From: Deltaproteobacteria bacterium
GTDB lineage: Bacteria > Desulfobacterota > Deferrimicrobia > Deferrimicrobiales > Deferrimicrobiaceae
Direction: 5' to 3'
Length of the DNA: 64,000 nt
NCBI GenBank assembly: GCA_016219515.1
Contig: JACRMU010000140.1
Coordinates: 12,279-76,278 of the forward strand
Shown: positions 35,952 through 45,236 of the stretch, piece by piece
How positions within the stretch are numbered: position 1 is the first letter of the stretch
Layout: every line of letters starts with the position of its first letter
Program-made: the position numbers and the translations under genes
The notes under the pieces: generated by a model
What the model was told of the DNA's origin: nothing
What the model saw: only the letters and a program-made list of their open reading frames with translations
The model's database searches: none

Positions 35952-38602
35952 GGACTCCCTTCTTCCTCCAGCGGAAGCTCCACGCGGAATTCCGCGCCGC
36001 CCACTTCCGAGGCCCCGACGGACAGGCGGCCGCCGTGCTCGGAAACGATGCGGTGGCAGAAGGAAAGGCCGATCCCGTGACCTTCTTTTTTTGTCGTGAA
36101 GAATGGATCGAAGATCTTCTCCCGGAGATGCTCGGGGACTCCGGGTCCCGTATCGGCGATCCGGAGGATGGCCTGGCTTCCCTCCCGGGCCGTGCTCACG
36201 GTGAGGCGTTTCCGGGACCCGGCGGTTTCCATCGCCTGGAGGGAGTTCATGACGAGGTTGAGAAGGACCTGTTCCAGGAGGGAGAGGTCCGCGCGGCAGA
36301 AGAGCGGTTCCGGGGAGAGAACCTCGCGGAACTCGACGCCCCGCTTCCGGTTGGTGATCTCCGACAGGGAGAGCGCATCCCGGACGACCCGGTTGACGTC
36401 GATCCGGTCCATCCGCGGGGGGACGGGCTTGGAGAACCTCATGATCCGGTTGATGACCGAGGAGATCTTCTCCGAGGCGGCTTTCGCCTGCGAGACGACC
36501 GCCCGGATCTTTTCCTTCTCTTGCAAATCCATTCCCTCCGCGCGCTCGCAGAGGATGTCCAGGGTGGAGACGTTGATGTTGATCCCGGAGAGGGGGTTGC
36601 GGATCTCGTGGGCGATCCCGGCGGCAAGCTGCCCGATCGAGGCGAGCTTTTCCCGGACCGCGACGATCTGCTCGAGGTCCTTCACGCGGGTGATGTCGAC
36701 CGAGTCGACCAGGTGGGACGCGCCCCCCCGGAAGTTGACCGGACTGGCCTGGCAATGGAGCCAGCGCATCGCTTTGCCCCCGCTCTCCCCATCGGGAAGG
36801 AAAAACCGGATATCCGCGTCCTTCCGGATCCTTTCGGGGCGATCCATCGCGTTGCAGAGTTCCTCGAATTTCCGGGCGTCTTCCGGGTGGACCGTGCCGA
36901 TCTCACGGAACGGGAGCCCGTTGCGGATCCCCCGAAAGAGCTGCTCCTGCCGGGGGTTCCAAAAGACGATCCGCCCTTCCTGGACGATCAGGATGCCGAC
37001 GGACGAATTTTCCACCAGCGACCGGAACCGGTCCTCGCTTTCCTGGAGCGCATCCTGCGCCAGCAGACGGGCAAGCATGACGCCGGCGTTTTCGGCAACC
37101 CGCTCGATCTGCTCCAGGATGTGCGGCTGAAACATCTCCTTGCGCCGGTCGTTCAGTTGAAGCAGTCCGAACGTCGTGTCTCCGAAGCGCAGGGGGACCA
37201 AAGCGATCGATTCGTACCCCTCCCGGATGCACCGGCCGCGGGTGGCGATGTTCCTGATGGGCTCGTTCGCGGCGAGAAGATCGGAGGCGCTGTTGGTCCA
37301 GAACGTTCCGCGGGAGGTGAAGAACGGCAGGGACGGATCGCAGCGTCCCGCGATCACCGCACCGCACGTGCACTCGCAGAGCGGTTCTCCGTTGCCGCCT
37401 CCTTCGCCAGGAGCGCCCCGTTCCGCGGGGCACAGGCTCATTTCGGCCTGTACGAACTCCTCCGAGAAACCCCGGGCCTCGAAATAGGGATAATCGGCGC
37501 CGCTGCGGTAACGGATCCCGACCGCCTCGCACCCGAAGCGTTCTTTCAGGAACGAGGCGAGGGAAGACAGGAACTCCCGGACGCCGCCGATCGGGCCGGT
37601 GCGTTGAAGGAGATCCAGGATCAGCTCGCGCATCTCGGCCGCCCGGCGCCGCTCGGCAAGCTCCTGCTCCAGCCGCGCGTTCGCGGCCTGGAGCTCGGCG
37701 GTCCGCTCGGCCACCCGCGATTCCAGGCCGTCCCGGGCGGCGCGGAGCTCCTCTTCGCTCTTCTTCAGGTTCCGGAACAGCAGATCGTAGGGACGGACAA
37801 GGCCGGTCGCGATGATCGCCTTGTAGACCAGGTAGAACGAGATGACCTTGAAGTAGTGCCCGATCACGCTGTTGTAGACGAAGGCGTCCATGTAGACGGC
37901 GGCCGACATCTCCGCGGCGACCGAGAAGAGCACGGACAGCACCAGCAGGCCCAGCACTTCCCGGTCGAACTGCCTGCGAACCAGCCAAAGGGTACCGATG
38001 GAGAGGAGCTGTATCCCGGAGACGAGGTAGTCGCTCACGCTCTTGGCATGCGTCAGCCCCACCCCGGGGATGTAGTAGTCCGGGAATATCCCGTAGAGCA
38101 CCGAACCGACCAGTGCAAGAGCGATGGCGGAAAAGCCGGCAAGGAAGAGCAAGGGGCGAACCTTGCGGGAAACGAACAAGGGGGCCGCGAGGAGAGCGAA
38201 ACTCTGCAGGTACCGCGCGGCGAACCAGAGCTCGATCGAGTCGCTGTGGTGTTCCTGGGAAAAAACGCCGGCGAAGGAAACGCTGTGCAGGAAATCGATA
38301 AGTCCGACGAACAGGTATGCGATGCCGAGAAAGATGAAGTAGTGGTTGTCGATGAAGTTCCTTGCGTTCCACGTCAGCATGAAAATGCCGCAGGCGACGA
38401 CGACGCTGAACATCTCCGCGATGTCGTGCGCAAGGACGGGGCTCCGCCAGTATGTCGCATAGAGGACGGCAGGGACAAAAAAGACCGCGAGAGCGAGGGG
38501 GAGCCATTTCTCCCGCGGTGGGAAGCCTCCTCCCGTAAAGGATCCGGTCACACTCACGGTATTTCGACCCCCGTTCCGCCGGATTGCGGCCCTGAGAACC
38601 AC
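35945..38602 (-). CDS. Sensor histidine kinase with N-terminal polytopic membrane domain (MASE-like), PAS and GAF domains, HisKA, HATPase_c; 885 aa
   Basis: About 8 TM helices in the first about 270 aa, coiled-coil linker, GAF-like and PAS regions. H-box LAAGIAHEIRNPLSGININ, ATP lid DTGPGVPEHLREKIFDPFFTTKKEGHGIGL. Forms an operon with the NtrC-type regulator (overlapping). Confidence 0.8.
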   Translation of the reverse strand: MVLRAAIRRNGGRNTVSVTGSFTGGGFPPREKWLPLALAVFFVPAVLYATYWRSPVLAHDIAEMFSVVVACGIFMLTWNARNFIDNHYFIFLGIAYLFVGLIDFLHSVSFAGVFSQEHHSDSIELWFAARYLQSFALLAAPLFVSRKVRPLLFLAGFSAIALALVGSVLYGIFPDYYIPGVGLTHAKSVSDYLVSGIQLLSIGTLWLVRRQFDREVLGLLVLSVLFSVAAEMSAAVYMDAFVYNSVIGHYFKVISFYLVYKAIIATGLVRPYDLLFRNLKKSEEELRAARDGLESRVAERTAELQAANARLEQELAERRRAAEMRELILDLLQRTGPIGGVREFLSSLASFLKERFGCEAVGIRYRSGADYPYFEARGFSEEFVQAEMSLCPAERGAPGEGGGNGEPLCECTCGAVIAGRCDPSLPFFTSRGTFWTNSASDLLAANEPIRNIATRGRCIREGYESIALVPLRFGDTTFGLLQLNDRRKEMFQPHILEQIERVAENAGVMLARLLAQDALQESEDRFRSLVENSSVGILIVQEGRIVFWNPRQEQLFRGIRNGLPFREIGTVHPEDARKFEELCNAMDRPERIRKDADIRFFLPDGESGGKAMRWLHCQASPVNFRGGASHLVDSVDITRVKDLEQIVAVREKLASIGQLAAGIAHEIRNPLSGININVSTLDILCERAEGMDLQEKEKIRAVVSQAKAASEKISSVINRIMRFSKPVPPRMDRIDVNRVVRDALSLSEITNRKRGVEFREVLSPEPLFCRADLSLLEQVLLNLVMNSLQAMETAGSRKRLTVSTAREGSQAILRIADTGPGVPEHLREKIFDPFFTTKKEGHGIGLSFCHRIVSEHGGRLSVGASEVGGAEFRVELPLEEEGSPS

Positions 38603-38791
38603 ATTGTACGCCGTTAGATTGCGGGTTTAAGGAATTCGTTGTAACTTCATATTCGATTCAGGCATGCACATCGGCCCCGGCGTCCCGGGAAACGGGGACG
38701 CGGAAGCGCCAAATAAAACGTTTTCCGTTATCCTTGATTTTTGCTATAAAATCCTGCAATTGCCGGGTAAATTGAATTATCTACCAAATTA

Positions 38792-40060
38792 ATGAAGTAT
38801 CATATCCTGAATTCCGAATGTATTAGTAGGTGGGCCGCGCGGTTACCGGCCCGCGCAGGGTTCGACGGGGGGAAGAGGGTGGCGCAGGATTCGGGAATTT
38901 TCCGGGATATCGCTGTCCTGCCGGAACGCTTGGCGGGAACTTCCCCCGGCCGCGTCAGGAGAAGAGGCGCCCGGGAGATACCGCTTTTTCTCGCCTTTAC
39001 CGTTCTGTCGATCCTCTGCATGGCTGTCCCCTCCCTGGCGGCGGAGATCCCCCAATCCGTGAGCCTGTCGATCTGCTGCAACCTGTCTTCTCCGACCGGG
39101 GTTGCGGTGGATGCCGGCGGGAACGTCTACGTGACGGAATCGAGCGGCAACCGGCTTCTTGTCTACAACAAGTTCGGCTCCTTCCAGAGAGAGCTGAAGG
39201 GGCTGAGCAAGCCGACCGGGGTGGCCGTGGATCCCTGGGGGAGGATCTACGTCAGCAACACCGGCGCGAAGACGGTGGACGTCTATGACGTCAATTTGTC
39301 CCCTCTTTTTTCGCTGGGGCGGGGAGCGGTTTCTTTTCTGTTTCCCACCGCGGTGGCCGTGGATTCCGCGGGGTATGCCTTCGTGGCCGACAGCAAGGAC
39401 AACCGGATCAAGGTGTTCGACAGCGCCGGGTCTTTTCTATATTCCTTCGGCGGCAAGGGGAGCGGGGACGGGTATCTGAACTTTCCGGTATCGGTGGCGG
39501 TCAGCGAGAGCGCGGGCGAGGTGATCGTATCGGACCTTACGCCGACCCTGACGGGTTACCGCGGCGCGGGCGTCCAGGTATTTGATCGGACCGGGACGTT
39601 CAAGCGGCGTTTCGGCGGCTACGGTGAAGGGCAGGGCTTGTTCCTCCGTCCGATGGGCGTGGCGGTGGACGGGACCGGCAGGATCTATGTGGCCGATTCG
39701 TACCAGAACGTCGTCCAGGTGTTCGGCTCGAACGGCGCCTTCCTCCAAGGGGTGTTCGATTCGGCGCACCCGGTGCGGACGCCCTTGGGAATCGCCTATT
39801 GCCTGAAGACGGACCGGCTGTTCGTCGCGTCGCTGAACACGTCGAAGGTGGAAGTGTACGGCAACGCACCCCAGGGGGGCTCGGGGGCGGGCGGGGAGAC
39901 GTCGATGACCTTTGGCGGGTCGGGCGGCGGTGGCGGCTGCTCGGTGGTGGGCAATTCCCGGGACGGCGGAGCATCCGTCGACGGATTGCTTCTCCTGGTC
40001 GCCGCTCTGTGGTTCCGGAGGGTCGGGAAAAGGATCAAGACCGCCCGGGCATTTCGATGA
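38792..40060 (+). CDS. NHL-repeat (six-bladed beta-propeller) protein with signal peptide and an unusual Gly/Cys-rich + hydrophobic + basic C-terminal tail, about 375-422 aa
   Basis: Repeated NHL units (GVAVDAGGNVYVTESSGNRLLVYN, GVAVDPWGRIYVSNTGAKTVDVYD, AVAVDSAGYAFVADSKDNRIKVFD, VAVSESAGEVIVSD, GVAVDGTGRIYVADSYQNVVQVF). True start may be the TTG near 38933 (MAGTSPGRVRRRGAREIPLFLAFTVLSILCMAVPSLAAE); the listed ATG 38792 adds a low-complexity leader. Tail GGSGGGGGCSVVGNSRDGGASVDGLLLLVAALWFRRVGKRIK. Confidence 0.65.
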   Translation: MKYHILNSECISRWAARLPARAGFDGGKRVAQDSGIFRDIAVLPERLAGTSPGRVRRRGAREIPLFLAFTVLSILCMAVPSLAAEIPQSVSLSICCNLSSPTGVAVDAGGNVYVTESSGNRLLVYNKFGSFQRELKGLSKPTGVAVDPWGRIYVSNTGAKTVDVYDVNLSPLFSLGRGAVSFLFPTAVAVDSAGYAFVADSKDNRIKVFDSAGSFLYSFGGKGSGDGYLNFPVSVAVSESAGEVIVSDLTPTLTGYRGAGVQVFDRTGTFKRRFGGYGEGQGLFLRPMGVAVDGTGRIYVADSYQNVVQVFGSNGAFLQGVFDSAHPVRTPLGIAYCLKTDRLFVASLNTSKVEVYGNAPQGGSGAGGETSMTFGGSGGGGGCSVVGNSRDGGASVDGLLLLVAALWFRRVGKRIKTARAFR

Positions 40061-40110
40061 ATCGGCGGCCACGGACATTCCGATGATGCGGCGGGCGGCG
40101 GAGAGCTGAC

Positions 40111-43100
40111 ATGTCCAGGTGCTCCCTGAAGATCGCGGTCCTTTTCCTGCTGATCGCGTGCCTGGCCGGTTCCCACGTCCATTCGGGCAACAAGCCGTGG
40201 GATCCCCTGATCTCTCCCTGGATCAAGTCCTATGCGCCCGGGATGAAGACTTCCACGCAAACCATGAAGATCTATCCCCACATCGAACTGAACGATACGG
40301 AGTGCGTGTCCTGCCACTTCGTGAACGACGAGAATCCGGCCCTTCTCCCGGACTGGGCGTACCAGACGCCGGTGGACAACGACGACACGCCGTACAACAA
40401 CCTCTGCCGGCATTGCCACAACGACATCGAGGCGCCTTTTGTGAGGACGCACTCCAGCATCTCCATCGACAACAGCTACGGCAACTGGTCGATGGAGTGC
40501 CGTACCTGCCACGACCCGCACCAACCCGGCCAGCTCATCGGCTACGGGAGCGATGCCTACCTGGATACCGGGATCGTGGGTTCCGTGTCCGACAACGTTC
40601 TGAACACGTCGGGGATGGGGTGGGCCGACAACGTGTACGCGGGGTACCTGGTGGTTCCCAACACCGGCGATGTCGACCACGTCTACAAGATCGGCAGCAA
40701 CTCGGCGAACACCCTGTACGTCGAAGGCCCCATGGACCTGACGAAGGTGGCGGCGGGGAATACGTTTGCGGTGATCCTGGGGAAGAACGTCAAGAGCGCC
40801 GTCACCATTCCCGCGGGTGGAAGCAGCGCGGTGCGGTTTTTCCGTCGGACGGGGGCGAAGTCCTTCGCGGACGGGGACGGCACGTACGACGGGATCTGCG
40901 AAGTCTGCCATACGCAGACGACGCATTTCCGGAACAACGGCGGGGGCTCCGACCCGCTGCACACGAACCAGGACAACGTGCCGGGATCGAGATGCACGAC
41001 GTGCCATTCCCACGTGTACGGGTTCCGCCACGGGGGAGGTGGGGGGGCGGGATGCGGCACAGGATCCACCTGCCACGGCCTGCGGGGGTCGCATCCGACG
41101 CACGTCGGCGGAAGCGGGATGCAGCTTGCCCTTGCCTGTTCCGACTGCCATAACGCATCGAGCATTCCCCTGTTTGCGGACAACCAGACTCTGGCGAACA
41201 CCACGGCGTGCAACACCTGCCACAGCCCGGGTGGCACCTACAACGGGGTGAGCGACCTGAATATCGGGGCGAAGAACAACTGGTCGGCGAGGGTGTACGG
41301 CGCCGACAATCTGCTGAAATCGGGCAAGGAGAAATGGTGCGCCTCCTGCCACGACGAAACGCCCTCGGTGATCGGGGGGGTTAGCGCGCCGAACGTCGTC
41401 GGCAGCGAAAGCGGCTCGTACCCTTACGGGACCGGCTGGGGGTATTACAAGACCGGGCACGGGCTGCCGGCGGACCAGGCCTATGCTTCCAAGGGGGGAT
41501 TATTCCCGCCGTTGCTTGTCGGCGGCTCGCCACCCCGGCCGCTGGGCTGCGACACCTGTCACGACTTCACCACCCGGCACATCGACAACGTTGCCAGGAC
41601 GTACGGGACGCAGGGGGTCGCGCAGGGCGCCTACCGGCAGGGCTACCGGCTGAAGCGGGTCAACGGCCTGGAACCTTTGGTGATTCCGAGGCTGGCGAGC
41701 CAGAACAACGACAACAGTTACCTCCTGTGTGTCCAGTGCCACTATTCGAATGTCTTCTACAACTCGACCGACACCAATACGAACATGAGGAACGGGGGAA
41801 CCAACTACCATAGATACCATTTGAATTACAACAATAACTCCGCCTGGAAATCCGACTGGAGGTCGACCGGGAACAGCGCCATAAGCTGCACGCAGTGCCA
41901 CAACGTCCACGGCAGCACCCGCATGGCGATGGTCAACGACGGGTCGCTCGCAGGGACGCCGCCGGGGATCGTCATGTATTATTACAACACCACTCTTTCC
42001 TTCAGGGACTCGGGCGATCTGACTGCGCCTCCCATCCCCTTGGGCCTCCCGCTCGCATTGAGGGACGGCACCACATTTTACGGGAACACCGTCTATAACG
42101 CCGGCTGCACGGCCTCCTGCCACACATCGGCGAACCGGCTCGACCGCGCCTATGCGACGATGACCGGCCAGGTGTTCAACGTGGCGCCGACGCTTGCCTG
42201 GACGGGGGAAACGGGATACACCGCGGACGGCGTCAGTCCCGATTCCGCCGCTTCGGGGAGCCGGTTCACCTTCCGGGTCAACTATTCGGACAACAACAAC
42301 AACCTCCCGAGTTCCATCCGGGTGCTCCTCGACACGAACAACGACGGGTCTTTCGAGGAAGCTTACGCCATGGCCGCGGCGGATAACGTCGCCGGGAACA
42401 CATACCACGGCAGGATCTACACGAAGACCTTGACGATCACCAACATCGGCAGCAGCACCATGCGGTACAAGTTCGACGCCGCGGACAACGCCGCTCTCGC
42501 CGCCACCGGCCCGCCGACGAGCGAGAACACGCTCACGCTTCTGAACAACGCCCCCGTCCTCTCCTGGACCGGCGAGGCGAATTACGTGACGGACGGCGTG
42601 AACCCGAACGTCGGCGGCAGCGGGGCGACCTTCACCTTCCGGGTCAAGTACACGGATGCCGACGGGGATTGCCCCGACGGGAACGGCGTCAGCGTGGTGA
42701 TCAGCGGGACGACGTACGCGCTCGATCCAGAAGCGGGAGCTTGCGGCACGGGCAGGATCTACTCGAAGGCCGTCCCGATCGTCGCGGCGGGGGACTATAC
42801 TTACCGGTTCACGGCGACGGATGCGGGCGGCAGCGCGGCGACGGGGGATCCCGTGTCGAACCATACCGTGACGGTGCTCTCCTCGGCGAACACCCCTCCC
42901 GTCCTCGACTGGGTGTCCGAAGGGTGCCGGACGGACGGGGTCAAGCCGGCGCTGGGCTTAACGAACGGCGATTTCGAGTTCAAGGTGAATTACACGGACA
43001 TCGGCAACCAGTGCCCGGCGTCGGGGAGCGCGAACATCCAGGTGTGGATCGACCTGGACGACAGCGGGACCTACGAGCCGGGAGAACGGTTCAACCTGAC

Positions 43101-44679
43101 GGAAGAAGCCGCGGGGGGATGCACCACCGGGAAGATCTACAAGGTCACGCGGCAGATTCCCTATGCCGGCAACGGCGTCCTCACCTACCGCTTCTACGCC
43201 TCGAACGGCACCGTGGACGCGATCGGCGATCCGGCGACCACGGATAAATCCCTGACCGTGGTCAGCTCGGCCACCACGACGGGCGTGCGCACGACCGGCG
43301 GGAGCGCCCCCTGGTACGCCACCATCCAGGCGGGGGTCGATGCGGCGCCGCAGAACGGGACCGTGCTGGTTTACCCCGGGACCTACACCGGAAGAATCTG
43401 GCTCAACAATACCGCGCCGATCGACACCGGCAAGACCGTCCGCTCGGTCTGCGGACCGGACCTGACGGTGACCACCAGCGGATCGGGCACACTCGATTCC
43501 GTGTACCTCCAGGCCGACGGTGTGACGATCGACGGCTTCGGCATCACCGGCGGCAGATATGGGGTCTACGCGAGCGGTTCCACATATTCTTATACGATCA
43601 AGAACTGCAAGATTTATAACTCCGCCGTCAATTACAATGGAATCTATTCGCAATCCTCGCAGACCGCGACGGTGGACAACACGGAGATTTTCTCGAATAC
43701 CGCCAACGCTCCGGGTGCGGGCCTTCGGGTTTCAAGCGCAACCAGCCTCGTTCTCAGCAATTCCTACATCCATAACAACACGTCAACCTCGGCCAGCGGC
43801 GACGGCGGCGGCCTGTACCTCGACATCGTGACCAATGCCTCGATTTCGAACACGGTGATATCGGGAAACACCACCGCGCGGGACGGCGGAGGGGTGGGGA
43901 TAATGACCAACAGCAACGTGGTATTCGATCGTGTGACGATCACCGGAAACACGGCCACGGCGAAGGGAGGCGGTATCAACGCGGTAAGCGGAAGCACCAT
44001 TACCATCAACAACAGCCTCATTGCGAACAACACCGCCGGTACGAACGGCGGCGCACTCTACCCCACGTTGAACCCTGTCGTGGTCAACAACTCCACCATC
44101 GCCTTCAACCGCGCGAGCTCAGGCGGCGGAATCTACTGGTCGGATATCCGCACCGTCACCGAATATATCCGGAACTCCATCCTGTGGGGGAACAGCGCCT
44201 CGGGAAACGGCCAGACGATGTATATCAATTTGGCCCCCGCATCCGGCGCCACCCTTCATATCTCCGATTCGATCATGCCCGACGACAACGACGGCTCGAA
44301 TTACAATTATCCGTATTTCAATTCTCCGAAGGGCGTCGACACCAGCGGCAACATGTCATACAACGATCCATTCTTCGTCTATCCCGAAGGCCGCGACTAT
44401 CACCTGCAGTCCGTGTCGCCGGCCATCGATCATGCCAACCCGGCCACAGCGACTTCCTACGACCTCGACAACGTGGCCAGGACGCAGGGGGCCGGTCCCG
44501 ATATCGGCGCCTATGAGTACCAGGCGGGCGGGTCGGGCCCCGCCCGTTCCCCTTCGCGTCGGAATGGGATCGCCGTCGGGACGACGCTGCAGAAAAGCGG
44601 TTCGATGACTCCGGAGGAGTACGACCGGAATTTCCTCTCGGATACCGCCTCGCCGATCACGGTGTATCCCGCACCCTGA
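40111..44679 (+). CDS. Giant secreted multihaem c-type cytochrome (11 canonical CXXCH plus 2 atypical Cys-His motifs) fused to three Ig-like about 110-aa repeats and a C-terminal right-handed parallel beta-helix (pectate-lyase-like) domain; 1522 aa
   Basis: Signal peptide MSRCSLKIAVLFLLIACLAGSHVHS. Haem motifs CVSCH, CRHCH, CRTCH, CEVCH, CTTCH, CSDCH, CNTCH, CASCH, CDTCH, CVQCH, CTQCH plus CGTGSTCH and CTASCH within the first about 690 aa. Three repeats W(T/V)GExxYxxDGVxP...FxFxVxYxD. Then beta-helix repeats (NNTSTSASGDGGGLYLD/ISGNTTARDGGGVGI/ITGNTATAKGGGINA...) ending with the DIGAYEY cap motif. Confidence 0.8.
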   Translation: MSRCSLKIAVLFLLIACLAGSHVHSGNKPWDPLISPWIKSYAPGMKTSTQTMKIYPHIELNDTECVSCHFVNDENPALLPDWAYQTPVDNDDTPYNNLCRHCHNDIEAPFVRTHSSISIDNSYGNWSMECRTCHDPHQPGQLIGYGSDAYLDTGIVGSVSDNVLNTSGMGWADNVYAGYLVVPNTGDVDHVYKIGSNSANTLYVEGPMDLTKVAAGNTFAVILGKNVKSAVTIPAGGSSAVRFFRRTGAKSFADGDGTYDGICEVCHTQTTHFRNNGGGSDPLHTNQDNVPGSRCTTCHSHVYGFRHGGGGGAGCGTGSTCHGLRGSHPTHVGGSGMQLALACSDCHNASSIPLFADNQTLANTTACNTCHSPGGTYNGVSDLNIGAKNNWSARVYGADNLLKSGKEKWCASCHDETPSVIGGVSAPNVVGSESGSYPYGTGWGYYKTGHGLPADQAYASKGGLFPPLLVGGSPPRPLGCDTCHDFTTRHIDNVARTYGTQGVAQGAYRQGYRLKRVNGLEPLVIPRLASQNNDNSYLLCVQCHYSNVFYNSTDTNTNMRNGGTNYHRYHLNYNNNSAWKSDWRSTGNSAISCTQCHNVHGSTRMAMVNDGSLAGTPPGIVMYYYNTTLSFRDSGDLTAPPIPLGLPLALRDGTTFYGNTVYNAGCTASCHTSANRLDRAYATMTGQVFNVAPTLAWTGETGYTADGVSPDSAASGSRFTFRVNYSDNNNNLPSSIRVLLDTNNDGSFEEAYAMAAADNVAGNTYHGRIYTKTLTITNIGSSTMRYKFDAADNAALAATGPPTSENTLTLLNNAPVLSWTGEANYVTDGVNPNVGGSGATFTFRVKYTDADGDCPDGNGVSVVISGTTYALDPEAGACGTGRIYSKAVPIVAAGDYTYRFTATDAGGSAATGDPVSNHTVTVLSSANTPPVLDWVSEGCRTDGVKPALGLTNGDFEFKVNYTDIGNQCPASGSANIQVWIDLDDSGTYEPGERFNLTEEAAGGCTTGKIYKVTRQIPYAGNGVLTYRFYASNGTVDAIGDPATTDKSLTVVSSATTTGVRTTGGSAPWYATIQAGVDAAPQNGTVLVYPGTYTGRIWLNNTAPIDTGKTVRSVCGPDLTVTTSGSGTLDSVYLQADGVTIDGFGITGGRYGVYASGSTYSYTIKNCKIYNSAVNYNGIYSQSSQTATVDNTEIFSNTANAPGAGLRVSSATSLVLSNSYIHNNTSTSASGDGGGLYLDIVTNASISNTVISGNTTARDGGGVGIMTNSNVVFDRVTITGNTATAKGGGINAVSGSTITINNSLIANNTAGTNGGALYPTLNPVVVNNSTIAFNRASSGGGIYWSDIRTVTEYIRNSILWGNSASGNGQTMYINLAPASGATLHISDSIMPDDNDGSNYNYPYFNSPKGVDTSGNMSYNDPFFVYPEGRDYHLQSVSPAIDHANPATATSYDLDNVARTQGAGPDIGAYEYQAGGSGPARSPSRRNGIAVGTTLQKSGSMTPEEYDRNFLSDTASPITVYPAP

Positions 44680-44714
44680 CCTTCCCCATCGCCGGGATCG
44701 TGTAGAATCGGGGA

Positions 44715-45236
44715 ATGGCCGATTCGATTCCGATCCTGGTCAGCGCCTGCCTGCTCGGGAAGAACGTCCGCTTCGACGGCGGGCACAAGCGGGATCCGTT
44801 TCTCCTGGAAACCTTTGGAACCTTCGTCCGGTGGATTCCCGTATGCCCGGAGGTCGGGTGCGGGCTTTCCACTCCCCGGGAGCCGATGTGCCTTGCCGGA
44901 GACCCGGACGCACCCCGCCTGGTCGGGGTGGGGAGCGGGACCGATCACACGGAACGGATGATGCGGTGGGCGAAGGTCCGGCTCCGGGAGTTGGAATCGA
45001 TCGGTCTGTGCGGCTACATCTGCAAGAAGAATTCGCCGAGCTGTTCGGGGATCGGGCGGATCGACGTCGTCGGCGATTCGGGAGCCGCGGCGGGTCCCGG
45101 CTCCGGAATATTCACGAAGGCGTTCGTGGAGCGTTTCCCCCACGTGCCGGTGGAGGAGGAGGGACGTCTCAGGGACCCGGTCGTGAGGGAAACGTTCCTG
45201 GAGAAGGTTTTCGCGTTATCGTCACGTTCAGCATGA
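44715..45236 (+). CDS. DUF523 family protein (putative Fe-S thiouracil-desulfidase-like), 173 aa
   Basis: N-terminus IPILVSACLLGKNVRFDGGHKRD and Cys-rich core (WIPVCPEVGCGL, CGYICKKNSPSCSG) characteristic of DUF523. The 3' end overlaps the convergent downstream gene, so the C-terminus is uncertain. Confidence 0.55.
   Translation: MADSIPILVSACLLGKNVRFDGGHKRDPFLLETFGTFVRWIPVCPEVGCGLSTPREPMCLAGDPDAPRLVGVGSGTDHTERMMRWAKVRLRELESIGLCGYICKKNSPSCSGIGRIDVVGDSGAAAGPGSGIFTKAFVERFPHVPVEEEGRLRDPVVRETFLEKVFALSSRSA

Noticed and set aside
40119-41153. 344-aa ORF in a second frame of the multihaem cytochrome gene
   Set aside because: Overlaps the CXXCH-rich frame, which is unambiguously the real one. No motifs.
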